Of a stretch of 64,000 nucleotides of DNA, positions 34,161 through 51,493 are shown piece by piece. The first letter of the stretch is position 1, and every line of letters begins with the position of its first letter. Under the pieces are notes generated by a model, which was not told where the DNA came from, ran no database searches, and saw only the letters and a program-made list of their open reading frames with translations. The stretch is taken from assembly GCF_009914755.1 (NCBI RefSeq), contig NC_060937.1; one strand, 5' to 3'. The stretch is from the human T2T-CHM13v2.0 reference genome, Homo sapiens. Made by a program: the position numbers and the translations under genes.

Positions 34161-35017
34161 TGCTTATTTATAGAAGACCTCCTGATTAGCTGGAGTGGGG
34201 CAGGTGGCAGATATCCAATATAATTTAAAACTTAGTCCATTGTGATGACTTAAATAGTATCTTTAGGAAGTATCCAACTCTCTCTGAGATAAAAGTGCTC
34301 AGTTTGTCACTCTGCTTTTAACCCTGGGATGGCTTAAGAGTGTGGGGTGAGGTGTGTGGCCTATGATCCCCTGGCAGTGGGACACTGACTTTTTCCATTT
34401 GTTTGATGTTCACTATTTCCTCTGGTCTCCGGGATAATACCTTTCAACCTCCTACTTGTGTTTGCCTTGCTGGCATATGCTGATGATGTTATGGCTAGTA
34501 TAATTCATGGTCGGGCCTTTTTGTTTGGTCAGAACATCATGATACTTCCCAGCTAGTTGAGTCTTTGGTGTCTGCTCTCTGACTTTTCCTAGGTGTCTGC
34601 CTTGTCTCTCTACAGCTGCTGGCCTGGAACTTCATGCACAGCCTTTGCTGCAGCATCACTCTGTTCCATAGCAAGCCTCATGGACGCCACTAGCTCAGAA
34701 AATCTGCCTCAGAGCTTATAATTACTTGAGCATGTTTAGAAAAACTCCCTTGAGACAATGGCTTGGCTTACAAGACCATGGACTGTATAATCATTCTGTT
34801 CATGTCAGATACTGCATATTTTTTCATTTGATCTCTTTGTAGTCCCTTCACTAATAAAACCAAATAGTTCCCCAGCCAGATGAATGCTTCTAGCCGTCAA
34901 GGGCAAAGGTCAGATGCTTGGAAAGGCAAAACAACAAGAACGAAAATAATAATTTTCAAACACTATCATGATTACACATGTGTGGCATGATATTTAAAGA
35001 GTTATATATAATTCTGA

Positions 35018-35440
<423 letters not shown>

Positions 35441-35529
35441 TAATATTAAGAGATTTGTTTTCTATGTATCAGCATTTTCCCATGGCTAAGAATAATGTGA
35501 TTTCATGTACATATTTTCTTCTGTTGTAG

Positions 35530-35597
35530 GACAGTTCGTGTTTGGTTAAAGAGAGACAGTGGACAGTATTGGCCAAGCGTATACCATGCAATGCCTT
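35530..35597 (+). CDS. WDFY2: WDFY2 coding exon 2 (68 nt; phase 2 in, phase 1 out): (R)[22 protein letters not shown](S)
   Basis: Acceptor ttttcttctgttgtag|G and donor CCTT|gtaagt. The translation matches the remembered WDFY2 first-WD40 region ([29 protein letters not shown]) and joins in frame to the next exon. Confidence 0.97.
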
Positions 35598-36875
35598 GTA
35601 AGTATCCAAATCGCTGTCTTGAAAAACCAGACATGTCCTTCCCAGATTGCCTTCTCTGTATTTTCTTCTTAAGTAGAGAAGACTGAGGTTGGGATTCTCA
35701 TTATAATGAAAAGTACCATATTAAATCATTTTAGATTTTCTAAGGCTTTCACTATGTAAAGTAAGAAAATTGTTCTGAAATTGACTCTATATTCATAGCT
35801 TCTGAATAAGATTAATGGAAGAAGGACTACAGCACGTAGGCTTTCTGATTACAGCAGTCTCCCTCTCTTTTCCAACTTTTTGTTCAGCTATTTTGTAAAG
35901 TATGTCCTTAGGCAATTCAAAATTTTGTCCAGTGATTACATTTGTGAAGTAAATTTGTCCTTGCCTTATTGTTATATCATTTATTCAAATTCAAGACATT
36001 CAGCATTGAGCATTCAGTTCTCAGAAGGATTTGCTTAGGATTGAAACATTCTAATTAGATGTTGATTTCATTTCCCCAAGATCTTATCTGAGAATTATGT
36101 CCTTGCACTGATAAATAATGGATCTTCCAAGTACACTTTTAAAAGAAATGTGTGATTCTTAGATTATTCCACTGGCAGAAGTTCCCCCACAGCTGAAGAA
36201 GACCTGGCCCCCCAAAATAGGAAATTTCTTTTTAGTCTAGTCTTTTATCTTTAAAATTAATGAAGTTTGGGCATCCTATCCCATGTTTATTTTAGCACAA
36301 AATAATTATTTAAATTTATTATTACTTGTATTAAACATTTCCCTTACTTCCTGCCCTTCAAACCTTAATTAAAATTGACATTGTAGAAAAATCCCCCAGG
36401 TTTGTTGTTTGGAGTCCTATACCTTCTGGCTTGCTGCAGTGTACCTCATCTCTTGATATAAGTATCCCAGTCTCAGAAGCATATGCCAAAATAAATTCAT
36501 GCTAAATTGTAGATTTGCTTAAAATTCTGCTTCTGGCAAAAGAGTACTGTAATAACTCAAACAACAATTTTGCTTGTTTATAAACAAATGATTATTAATG
36601 ATATAATAATTTTAAATGATTTTCAAATTATCTTTGAGGCTTTGCATGTCTTTAGAATTTTGTAGTAAATAGACGATAATAACCAAGCTGAACAAAGTAT
36701 TCAACGCTTTTTTTGGGAAGAAGAAACTTCTTGTAATTCCGAATGCTATATCCTTCCTTTACCTGTTTTGCTTCTAGAAGATACTGTCGTACATTACAGG
36801 ATCAAGCTGAACTTTCTTTTTAAGCCATGGCGGTGATGAGGGTTTAGATAAATGGAAAAGTAGAGAATTCTCTAG

Positions 36876-37214
<339 letters not shown>

Positions 37215-37814
37215 TAAATGATATAACCAGTATTTTTTCTGGTCTTGCTTCTTCATCAAACCTGCCACAGTATCTAACTGTAAGAGATGAGGGAGGGCTG
37301 TAATCCAGCAAGTTGAAGTTGGCCTCAGAGATCAATAGGTCCCATGACGCTGCAAAAGGGAGAGGCTGACCTGGGCAAAATGATGGGGATTTGGGGATGG
37401 CAAGCGAGGAATCTTATTGAGATAAGATGAGCGTTAATAGGGACCTCATGAAGGCACAGGATCCTAATTGCTAACTCATTCCCTTTCCCCTATACAAATA
37501 CACATACATTTTGGTGTCATCCTGTAATGCTGTCTTTATTTGGATATCACTGAGATACAGAGAAGCTTTTAGTTGTGTTTTCATCATTTAGTAAGCTATA
37601 TGCAAGAATGACTTAAGCTCACTATAGCTCTTACACCTGGCATAGGTGCTCAATAAATACTTATTGAAGGATTTGGTCTGATAATAAAGATGTGTTTCCC
37701 TGAGAGGATTACCATCCATTTTCCTTATGACTGAACATGAACTTTGAGAAAGAGGACCTTGTGATTATTTGTATACTTTGCCTTCGGTGTTCTACTAAAT
37801 AGAGTTAAAAAGGG

Positions 37815-38150
37815 ATTACTTTGCTATTCAAAATGTGGTCTGTGGGCCAGTAGCATCAGCATCACCTGAGAACTTATTAGAAATGTACTCTTGGGTTCTA
37901 CCCCAGAGCTGCTCAATCAAAATCTGCATTTAACAAAATCCCTAGATAGGCTGGGCGGGTTAGATCATGTCTGTAATCCCAGTGTTGTAGGAGGCCAAGG
38001 CGGGAGGATTTTTTGAGGCCAGGAGTTCAAGACCAGCCTGGACAATATAGCAAGATGCCACCTCTCTCTCTCTGTCTCCAAAGAAAAAAAATGAAACAAA
38101 CCCAAACCGTAGATAATTTGAAGATACATTGAGGTTTGAAAACATTGTCT
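37815..38150. mobile_element. MER5A DNA transposon, interrupted by FLAM
   Basis: caaaatgtggtctgtgggccagtagcatcagcatcacctgagaacttattagaaatg...aatctgcatttaacaa. Confidence 0.8.
37949..38105 (+). mobile_element. FLAM (free left Alu monomer)
   Basis: Single left monomer with an A-rich tail; repeated tagata flank. Confidence 0.8.
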
Positions 38151-39149
38151 TGTGACATTATAGCAAACATGTTGATGATCTATGTACATGTTTATATGAA
38201 CACATGTAAAGCCACGTGTATATAGTGTTGATTGGTAAATATATGGATGTAAGTATACATGCTAGTCAATCAGATATTTACTGTGCATCTACTGTATACA
38301 GGCCACAGATCTAGATGCCAGGGATTTGCAGACAAACAAGATGTATATGGTCAAGATGATTTCTCTTGAAATCATTTTGAAATGATCTTTTGAATCCATT
38401 CAAAAGATTACTACTGTGTAGAGGTGAAAAAGAAAGTTATCTTCATCACAATTGGTTAGAAATTGGCTTTTGTGTTCCTAGGAATCTTACGCATTCAGAT
38501 GATGTAATAATTGACCTGGGCAAGAATTTAAGATTTGTTTAACTTGAGAGAGGCAGAATCTTATTGCATGAGGAAATAAGCTACATTTCAATCAGTTAGA
38601 GAACATGAAATAGATTTGAGTTTCCAAGGAATTGTTTTGTAGTCCTTCCTATTGAGAGGGGTTTTGTTAAGAGGTTACTCGGTATTATTCTTAAATAATG
38701 GTTATGTGATATTGGTTTCAAAACAAGTAAAAATGCACAATATATTCAGAGGCTATAAAATAAATACCACAAAGCAGATATGACCATATTTTATGTTTAT
38801 TCTACTACATAATAAGTAGCATTCCAAGTACAGAAGAAAATAAAAAGAAAATATTCTGTGCATTTATTAAAATGACTTATTTGTTAATTTTGTCCATTAA
38901 AATACCTTTTAAATATAGTGTTTGTCATATTCCAGGTAAGAGAGTAAATGCATTACAGCTTTGAGAATAATTTGAAGTTTAATGAAAGGAAGAAAGTGGA
39001 AGGCATTGAATGAGAAAGAATAAATAGTGAAGGCCAAGTTTGATGACAGGAAACCAGCTTAAAAGGCAGAGTGTGATGAGGTTGAGTGATCTTGGGGGAG
39101 TTGCAGACAAGAGAAAGAAGAGCAGACGCATCATGGTCGAAAACACAAG

Positions 39150-39635
39150 CACTGCTTTGGGGATGTCTTCCTACCCTGTCTTTTCTGAGAAGCTCCTCCT
39201 CCGTAGAAGGGAGCCAGGAAAAACCAAGCTGGCCTGGTTAAGGCCGTTTGTCCCTGGGCCAATCTGATTTTCCCAGGAATTTAGAATTTGGAGGCAGAAA
39301 TGCTAGTCTCAGCCTGGGCAGGGCCATTTTACTGGGAACATATAAACCCAAGAGCTGTGAGGCGTTTGTGTGCATGGAGAAAGAGTAAAAAAGCTGATCT
39401 GCAGAAAAGGTAGGGTGAACCAGGGAAGGAAGAACATCTGGCTCCTGATAAAGAGAAAGCCCAAGCAAGTGATGCACAAGATTTTCCTCATCCTCCTAAT
39501 CCCCTGAGAATCCTGGCTGTGTTCTGCCTTTGAGCTCAAAAGATACCACTCTCTCTTATTGGATATGCCCATTTGTGCCTAAGTTCACCTGAGCAGATTT
39601 CTGTTACTTGTAACTGCAAGTATTTGACTAAGCCC
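39150..39635 (+). mobile_element. Old MLT1 (MaLR) LTR
   Basis: gggccaatctgattttcccaggaatttagaatt...tttctgttacttgtaac 3' end. Confidence 0.6.
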
Positions 39636-39827
39636 AGGCCTCATTGTACACCTCCTAATTCCTACTCTTTCAGTTTTTCCTGGATCTCTGTGATCTTTAA
39701 TGAGAAAGGACTGAGTCATGGCCCTATTGGTGACACGGTAGAGTTGAGCTTAACATAGCCTGGGAAAGGTGAGGGCATGTAAAGAAGGAAAACAAAAAGT
39801 AGTATTTGATCTTGTTTAATTTCTTTG

Positions 39828-40060
39828 GATAGTTCATTCAACAAATGTTAAGCGTTTCTTCCACATCTAACATTGTACGATGTACTAAGGATGTAGTAGT
39901 TAAATATGGCAGATGGTTCCTGTCTTTGCAGTGTTTACAGTCTGGTGGGGAAGGCAGACATTACATGAATACCAACCATCATGTATGGTGAGTGTTTTAA
40001 TGTGGGAAGCAGGCATAATGGGGACATGGTCACAAAGTCTGCCTAAGGAAAGTTCATTTT
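39828..40060 (-). mobile_element. L2 3' end
   Basis: ttcattcaacaaatgttaagc...gtttacagtctggtggggaaggcagaca. Confidence 0.7.
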
Positions 40061-42759
40061 AAACCCTACTCTCTATAGAGAATTTGGGGATGACTGCTGG
40101 CTTGTTTTGTAGTTTGCTATAAGCTAGCTGATTTTTATGGATGAATGAGAAATCAGAGCCTTTCCTTATCAAATATTCTTTCAAAAAGAATATCCCCTTG
40201 GTGTATCTTACGTAGTAGCTGCACATTGCCTGTGACAGTATCAACTTAAAACACACCTATCTGGGACCTTGCATGAGCTTGTAAACCAGGCCCTCAGATT
40301 AAGAGTGGAAGTTTCAGTTACAGCCATAAATGTGATTATTTGTTCCAGGCTTCTAATAGATGTAATTTCAACCACCACAGTTGGATCACACTATAGAGAA
40401 AAATCATGTAAAAAGCACAAGCATTTCTATTTCTGTGGTTGATTTATTTCATATTTACTTTACAAACTAGGTTTGCCATTCATGGGGTCAGACCTTTGTC
40501 CTTTGAGAGGTAGCAGAGGAACCTCTTGCAGGAGTTGGTGGAAAGAGTTGGAGATTTTTCTTACTCTATCAGAGGATTGGATGTCAAGCCTGGCATGTAT
40601 TGCCAACTTCTCCCTGGGTATGGAGAATAGATCGATCAACTTGGCTGCCAAAGATGTTGTGAATAGGAGGCTTGAGAGGGCTGGAACCTCAGGCCGGGTG
40701 TGTTGGAGAATTGAAAACCCACTGTGGGTTCTGTTCCTGCCAGGGCAGGCAAATGGAATTTACTTTGGCTCCTAAGTATTTATAAATTTTTCCACAAAGC
40801 CAAACAAGACATTTTTTTCATTTTTTCAAAGGTAGTTACAAATAAAGAGGCACACCTAATGTAGCGATGAAATGACCTGTCTTGTCACCTTCCCAGTTCT
40901 CTGCCTTGGCCTGGTGGGATGGCATTTACCCAGTCTGAAGTGTGGTTGGGCCGCTCAGTTTTCACACAAGTATGGATACCTACCATCTGTTCAGTTAACG
41001 TTTAAAGTATAGGAACTCAAGTCCTCTCTGAAACGTGATTTTGAACTGCTTACTTCCCAGTTTTTATCAAAAGCCTGTTTGAGAGAAAGGCTATTTGTGG
41101 TGAACAGCATGAACGATAGTCTGATTATTCCTTTAAATTTGGAGTTTTCCCACTTGTGTTAGCCCTCTGCAGAAATGCCTTCATTCATTGTGCCCTCAGC
41201 TTACACTGATGTGTACATTATATGAAGTGCTTTATGGCTGTTTTTGAAGTAATCATCTACCTTAATGTACAGTGCCCCTTTTATGAAGGAGCAAAAAGGT
41301 GGAATATTTTTCAGACACGAGGGCCAGGAACTCTTTGCTCTCTCAAAGGCAGAACTTCCCAGCCTATGTGACACAGCCTACTGGTGTGGTCTAAATGGAT
41401 TACATTAGAACATGAGAACTGATCCCCTTAGCTGAGCAGGGAGGTGGAGAAGAGGATGGAGGGAGGGCTAGTCTCTTCTGTTTATTCCAGTGGCTGTACA
41501 AATATAATTTTCCATGTGTATTATGAGGCAGAAAAGATTGGGAGCAGTAGCCCTAGGACCTGGTACTTTGTCATTATGGATAATGTGAAACATGAAACTT
41601 AACTGAATCTCCTAACAGATCTTTATTTTAATTTTCTTTCTGTTTACACACACACACACTCTCTCTCTCTCTTAGTCATAACTTATTTTTGCTTATTTGT
41701 ATTGTTTGGTTTTATTGGTTTTATTGTATCTGCTTTTAAAGCCATTTCAAATGGTAGGTAATACATTAAATAAATAATCTTAGTTAAGATATCTATGGAA
41801 AGGATATTTGAACATAGTCTATTGTTTACATTAAATTCAACTTCCAAAAATGTATTGTTTCCAATTGCAGTATTCAGAATGGCTTGTAGGTTAGACCTTG
41901 TGCCTGGGTGGGAAACTGGAATTTGATTTTCATTTTTGCTACAATTTGCTGAATCACTTTGGGCAAGTCCTTCACATTTTCTTTGTTTTGAAGCCTAACA
42001 GATAAACTGTTATCTTTGTTCTCAAATTTGCAAAGATATTTTGGTTATTAGATATACCAAATAACTATTTGTAAAATGGCTTCAGGTTCTTGATGTTTAA
42101 CAATATTACTGTCATTGCTGATACTTAACCCGGAGTTATTAGGAAAAATTGGCTACTTTGTGAGGTTGTGGCTGGGTTGGTTTCTTTTTGTCATTTATTG
42201 GGACTATAATCTTAAGGTAACAGACAAGTTAAAATTGGGGATTTGGAAAATTAAGTTGATTAATGTGTATATGCTTTTATCTGGAATGGAAATGAGTTAT
42301 TTTGTAAGTAAGTTGAAAGTGTTAGTTTTCCCATTGGTAAGGAGGACTTTCGGTAACTTCAGAATGTGGAGGTGGTGTTTGTGCTTATTCCACCTCCTCT
42401 GCTGGGTGTTTTGGAGTTGGGGGAAAAGTTCATGTGGGTATATTAGTGGTATTATAGAATGATATTTCCAATTATGAACTTGGCAGTTCTGCTTTTATAA
42501 GGTGGTGATTGTTTTCCTGACTTTTAAACATCTTTAACTCAGTTGAGAGAGTTTCTTGGCAGATTGGGAGAATGTGTATATACTTGAGATATGCTCATTC
42601 TGTTGTTTTAATTTATACCTTACTTCAAAAAAACCTCTGGGTTCCTGGTTGTGAAATGTATTGATCCATTTATTGCTTTCTTTTTGGTATAGGTTATATT
42701 ATGGAACCATGTGTGATTTGTTGTTTTTACTATTCATATTCTTATAAACCATAATGTAA

Positions 42760-43112
<353 letters not shown>

Positions 43113-45421
43113 GGAACTTCTCATTTTTATTGGAAATGAAGCTAATGGAAATCCAAACTAAACATGCTAGAAATCATTTAATCTGATTAAGTACAGCATT
43201 TATTTAGCATACTCTTCTTTGATTTTCATCTGACGGGGCATTTTAAAATTTAGTGTAGTTAGATCACTTTAGTGTAACTTAAAACTTGTCTGGGAGTGAC
43301 CACTTCTAATTTGCTTTGCTGTTATTACTCAGCCTAGATGAAAAGAAAACTAAATAGTTAATGTTAGTAGAGTAAATAAAATGTTGGATTTAGATGTAAA
43401 ATACTTTTTAGTGCTAGAAAATTGAAGTCCTAAATATAGGTATGCTTAATAAAATAAAACGTGTTGAGTACTGCAAATCTAATAAATATTATTCTATTAT
43501 AAGCAGGGCTGAATGAAATAGTGTCCATGAATTAAATTTTTGCTTTGTCGGGCTGTATTGCTCATTGGAGGCTCTATTGAAGACCCTCTTATTGTGAAAT
43601 CTTGACATTCAACTTCACCAGGATACCGTTAGCACCTGAAGTTTTTATTTGCAGAAGTCACCGTTGTTATTTAGTTTTAAAGTTTGAACCAGAACATCTC
43701 ATGAGGAAGATTAGTGTCTCCTGCCAAATAATGCCCTTAGCATTGTGAAGCAGTGTGATTGAAATCCGCAGCTTAACCTTCAATGAAACTTGTGTTTATT
43801 TGAGCAAAGTTCAACTGGTCAGCAAAGGACAGAAAATACATTAGTCATAAAATGAAAGAATTATTGGTGTACGTAACAGAAATTAGAAAACTTTCCTCCC
43901 AAATCGAAATATTTTGAGATTGCCTCCTCTTAAGTACATGATTTTTAAATAAACAAGGGCAATTTTAAAAATACCAATTTTGAGATAGAAGTATTAGAAA
44001 TGCAAATAGTCACTTTCCCTCTAATCCATTTAATTATTGACTCTGCTGAGATTTTTATGCTGATCTCTTGGGTCCCCTTTGTCTAGGGCTATGTCTCCTG
44101 TGCTTTCCTCTCTTCAAATTATATGGCCATTAATTTAATCGCCCATACTAGAGCTTCTCTTTGTTTTGATTTTCACTGAATTTTAAGCTGAATGTTTGTC
44201 TTAAGTTACAAAGACTTCATTTTACCAAACACTCAGTGTTATGAAAGTGTTTACTTTTATTTTCTTTCTTTATTATTTTACCAAATATCCAGAATTCAAG
44301 GAAATAAAGGGTCTAATTTTAAAGGTGAGACTCTGACAGGCCAGTCAGATCTAAAGTCTTGATACTAATATAAGATAATAAGAGGTCACATTACTCATAG
44401 ACCTGCACAGTTTAGTTTTTTTTATCTTATTTGTGCATTTCATTGCTTCCTAAATTTTTTCTAGTATATTTCTTTTGACTGTCATTAGTCCGAGACAGAA
44501 AAGGTAGATGAGAAATCTTATTCAGGTAACATGGAAGATGAGTCCTGTACTATTTACCAAAAAACTGTAATCATTTTTTTCCCTAGATTTTAATAAAAAT
44601 GTTGGGGAAAATATAGGAAGCTAGAATATAACATCAACAAAACCAGTAGCAAGGCCTTGAATTTCAGTTATTGGGTTAGTAAAGAAGTCTCAGGCAACCT
44701 ACATATACCATGATATATGTGAGAAGTCTTGGCAAATGGCATCACCTTACACATTTCATTCTGTATGGTTATTCTCATGGGGAAACAGTTAAAAGTGGGG
44801 GTCATAAATAGATCTTCACAATTTGTATCATGCTATATTTATTTCATCTAGAGTTCAGGAATGCAGTTTTGATAGAGGAAGTCAGTGGAGGGCAGCTGTA
44901 TTATAATTTTATGGGTCTGGTCAGGCACTTCACTCACCCTTTGGAGAAAGTAATTTTAAGGTGGGGGAATAGACCAGTCCCCAGCCAGTTTGTCTGTAAT
45001 TTGCATGTTTGTTGCTTCCTCTTATTCTTCCTGCCAAAGGATTCCCTTTGCCATTGGGTCATAGTTACTTTTACTTTAGTGTCTCATTATCCTTCCCCAG
45101 AGAGTTTTGCCCCTTTGATATTTGTCTTGCATGGGTGGGAGCCCATTTTGTATGGGCCACAGCACTAGTTTTTTTGCTTTTTTGTTAATTTCTGGTGAGT
45201 TGAAGTTAGAAGGATCTGTGTGTCAATCTGTTTACTCCTCTGATCCATAAAAGAAAAGGAAGACTTTACTGTAACAACAAATCGAGGCATCAATATTCTT
45301 TTGAATCGGCTCTCTGCTTCTTTGATCTACCAGGGGCCAATCCAAGGCCTGTTCCTGTGGGAGTGTCACAGTTGGAAAATGGTTTGAGGAGCATTGTACG
45401 TCTCACCTACTGTGCGCACAT

Positions 45422-45422
<1 letters not shown>

Positions 45423-45468
<46 letters not shown>
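45423..45468. repeat. (CA)23 microsatellite
   Basis: Uninterrupted CA run, counted directly. Confidence 0.97.
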
Positions 45469-45470
<2 letters not shown>

Positions 45471-45660
45471 TGTTTGCCTGGTGTTTTCCCAAATGCCTGT
45501 TTGAAGGGGTGGTTATGCCTTTGGATGTGCCTGGGAGCTAATGCTGTCTAACTCTGACACTCCCCTTTCCAGAACATCCTGGGTTCAGGCATATAGGTTG
45601 TAGAACAGTAAGATTTCTGTTCAGATTTCTTTTGTTTATGCTCATTTATAGAAGCAGTCT

Positions 45661-47840
<2,180 letters not shown>

Positions 47841-48999
47841 TATAGGAACGGTTCTTTACTTTGAAATATGGTGGTGTTTCTTACTATGCATAAAATGATT
47901 TGAACCAATAGGGTGAAATTGTCTTACAGTTCCTATGTACCTTTGGTTTCACAATCTATAAATTCTTTTAATTCCATGATGGCAGCAGTAATACTTTATA
48001 TATCATTGTAGGACATGCCTTGAACATAGTAAGGATTCTAAATTTTTCTTGAAAGAATAACAAGAAATATAGGAAATTGGGGAAAAAACAAGGAATAAGG
48101 GAATGGCAATGAAGATTTAAGAGTAGCCTATGCAGTGTTGTAAAAAAGTATTTTAAATCACATTCAAATTTCAGTGGGTTTTCTAATTATAGCATAACCG
48201 GATATGGACTTTGGAGGAAATCACACAGGAAATACTTTTAGATGGTCAAGTGGGCAGCTAAATGATAAGGTTGTTCCTGGCTAGTCACTAGCCCCTTGAG
48301 GCTGCAATCGAGTTTTGCTTCATATGCTCATACTTACATCTTCATAAATTGTGACATATTTAAAATTCATTTTAACAGGAATGGCAAAATAAGAGTAAAG
48401 ACAGTGTTATAGAAATAATCTTGTCATTTGAACACAAGAATAATTTTTCCATGTATCCTGTACTTATGTGTGTATGTACTTTACACAATTGTAATCACAG
48501 TGTATTTTTTCTTTAGATTTTTTTTCAGCTAACAATTTTCCATGAGATTATTAGATTCTAATTCTGCACACATGTTATGGGATTATGAGACCCGGCATCT
48601 TAATATTGTATAGAAATTGTGCCAACATAGTTTACTGGTCAAGGGCAATAAAACTGACTTTCTTAGGGCAGTGCATTAAATATCATTTGATTGCTGTTTT
48701 CAGGAGTGTACTCTTGGGAATCTGGTTTTATTTTGTAGCTAAGTAGAAAGAAGATAGTCTGTTATACAGGTGGAAGTTTTTGGGGGAAATTCTACTAGTT
48801 TTTATTTTCTGAATATATCATGATAGAAAATTAGAAAAAAAGTAAATATGCAGTTTAGAAGGTCTTTTTGTTGTTTTATTCAGGGCCCTTTTATAAAGAA
48901 TGAAAAATATGTTACTAAGTGATATGTTCACTTAGTGGCTGTCAGTAGAACTTGAAATTCTTTTTTAGTTTAAAAATAATCTAAGTTGGTTGTTTGAAA

Positions 49000-49210
49000 A
49001 TGGGACTGTGTGTTTGAATGATGTCTTTGAACCTTCTCCAGTGTTTCCTATGTGACCTTGGGTAAAACATCTAATCATACCCGTGAAAAGTAGGAATAAA
49101 AAATATTTGATGCTGATTGTGATTATGATAATAGGTAGTTCATGATCTACATGGCTTCTGTGAATATGAAGGGAGACATATAAAAACTGTGCTGGGCTCT
49201 TTAGAACAAC
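49000..49210 (+). mobile_element. MIR SINE
   Basis: ctatgtgaccttgggtaaaacatctaatc core. Confidence 0.5.
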
Positions 49211-50083
49211 TATTAAATATTTCAGTATTGGGTAAATTGTCAAAAGACCCCCTATTTAGTGGGAGCAGTTAGGAGCAAGCACAGGTAGAGAAGGCAGGGA
49301 CCTGGGAGCTGACTGTTTAGTAAGCACTTGTTGACCACACGTGGCTTCCAAGCATACTTAATTTGCTTAGGCTCGGGTGTACTCAGGCCGTCAGTCCTGC
49401 GGAACAGGGAGAACCAGTCCAGGCCTGGGTGTACTGACTTACCTGGTTTCTTTCCTACAATGCCAAGCCCTATGATGAGTTGGTTCTTTTTTAGATTGAG
49501 ACAAATCCTCCTCTGTCATTTTCAATCAGCAGACTCCAGCACACCCCCAAAGGCCAAAAGCAAAAAACTCCTGTTAATTCACACGCCCCGAATCAATTCT
49601 GAATCAAAAAATAGACTTCTAGACTCCTGTGTGTATGTGTCTGTATGTGGGTGGGGAGGGTGGAGGGATAATAAGATCTTTCTTTTGTTTGTCTAGTTCA
49701 GAAAGGATAGGTTATTTCTATTTAAGATGGAATTGGAGTGGTACAGAGAGAGTGGTAACAGAAACGTTACACAGCACAAAGTATTGTTAATCTAGTTAAG
49801 CAAATTTAGAGTCCATACTGACAGAACCAGCCAAGACCAAGCCCCTTGGAACTTGCCCAGTTTGAGAATATCTTATTTGTTATATTCATTAAAAGGATAA
49901 CTGAACAACTATGGGGTGGCTGTAAAATTACTGTTTTTATTTTTTGGTGAGTGGATGTTAAATGAAATGTTTTCCAGGAGATAGTGGGGAAAGTACAGCC
50001 CCACACTTTTAGCTAGTTAGGCACTCCTGAGTCGATGAGAATCATGGTTTTGTTAATTTCATCAACATGTTCATTTCTTTCAG

Positions 50084-50157
50084 CTCCATGTTCATGCATG
50101 TCTTTTAACCCGGAAACAAGAAGACTGTCCATAGGTCTAGACAATGGTACAATCTCA
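50084..50157 (+). CDS. WDFY2: WDFY2 coding exon 3 (74 nt; phase 1 in, phase 0 out): (S)PCSCMSFNPETRRLSIGLDNGTIS
   Basis: Acceptor ttcatttctttcag|CT and donor TCA|gtaagt. T from exon 2 plus CT gives Ser. The peptide continues the WDFY2 sequence. Confidence 0.97.
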
Positions 50158-50873
50158 GTAAGTACACATAAATAAGATTTCCAGTTGAAATACTTCCCTT
50201 CCTGTGGAGTATGTATATGTATTTATTAGTTTTTTCAAGTTAACAGAAGAATTTTCTTGCTAAGTAGAATGAAAATTGCAGCGTAGCAAATTATGGCGAG
50301 GTAAGAGATTCTAATGTAGGGAGAGCTATCATCAGTATCCACTTAAATGCTGACAAGGTTCAGCTTGACCTACCCTATACAGAGTGGCTAGAATGGGGGC
50401 AATCGGAGGCCAATGAGTAAACTGCATGAATCTGCATTAGTGAGAGCAAGCTATGATACTAGTGGCTTTAATCAGATGGTTAATCATGGTGCCTTAAGCT
50501 TTGCCACATAAGCAACAGAACAGGAGGAAAATGCTTTCCCTTATGTCTGCATGTCTGATCCTGTCTTTGATACTCTGTGTTCTTTCTTTGTTCCTTCTGC
50601 TTCTTGTTTTTTCCAGCTCCCTTTAGCATCTGAATAGAATTCTGTAAATTTGTATGAATTTGTGAAAAAAAGCACAGAATCTAGATTTAGTCTGTAGATA
50701 GATCCACATAAATATTAGACCCTTTGATTATAGATGTTGGGGGAACTGAAGTGATTAAAGATTGGAATTTTGGCTTTTATTTACCTACTTAATCTTTCTA
50801 CATACTAAGTTTCAACTAGTATATTAACTAATAACAAGACTGATCTAGTAAATTCTCCATTTGGTAAATTATC

Positions 50874-51493
50874 CAGCGTTGCCTTTAGTCCTGGGCGAGA
50901 GAAGCCCTGCTTCAGAACCTATGAATTAGAAGGCCCTGCTCTGCTCACACTTCCCCACAGGGTGGAGGATCTGAGGGCTCAAGGGGATGTATGTGATCAG
51001 CCCAAGTCCTCCCTCTCTCCCACTCCATCCTCCCACTACCAAGACCCTGGAATTTCCTGCCCCAAACTGCTCAGAACCTGCTTCCAGAGTCTTCACTGAC
51101 CTTTTTCCTAGATGTGTCCTTAGAAAGATAAAACCAGTGAGTATGCTCTTAGGCCTGAGAGGTGGCAAAGAGGTAGCAGTTTGCGGTAGACAGGATGTCC
51201 ACCCTTGAGTGCAGGGCCCCTCAAGGTCTTGACAAAACTGGGAATAGAAAGAGAAGGGGAGTGGGCTGGCCCCCCGTGTCACCACAATATGGCGTGGAAC
51301 TTAAAGGAGACTAAGAATTCTAAATTTGAACCTGTACCTCCAGCTGGTGAAGGGTGTATTTGTCAAGATTGGAGGATGAGACCATATTTTATTTAATAGT
51401 TCAACTGGACTTGTAACTTTTAAACATGTAAACATGGAATGTGGGCCTCCATTTGTAATCTTGCCCCAGCCCCTACAAATGTTAGTGGGCCTA
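50874..51493 (-). mobile_element. MER115/Zaphod-type hAT-Tip100 DNA transposon
   Basis: Termini cagcgttgcctttagtcctgggcgagag and gtgggcctccatttgtaatcttgccccagcccctacaaatgttag. Confidence 0.8.
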
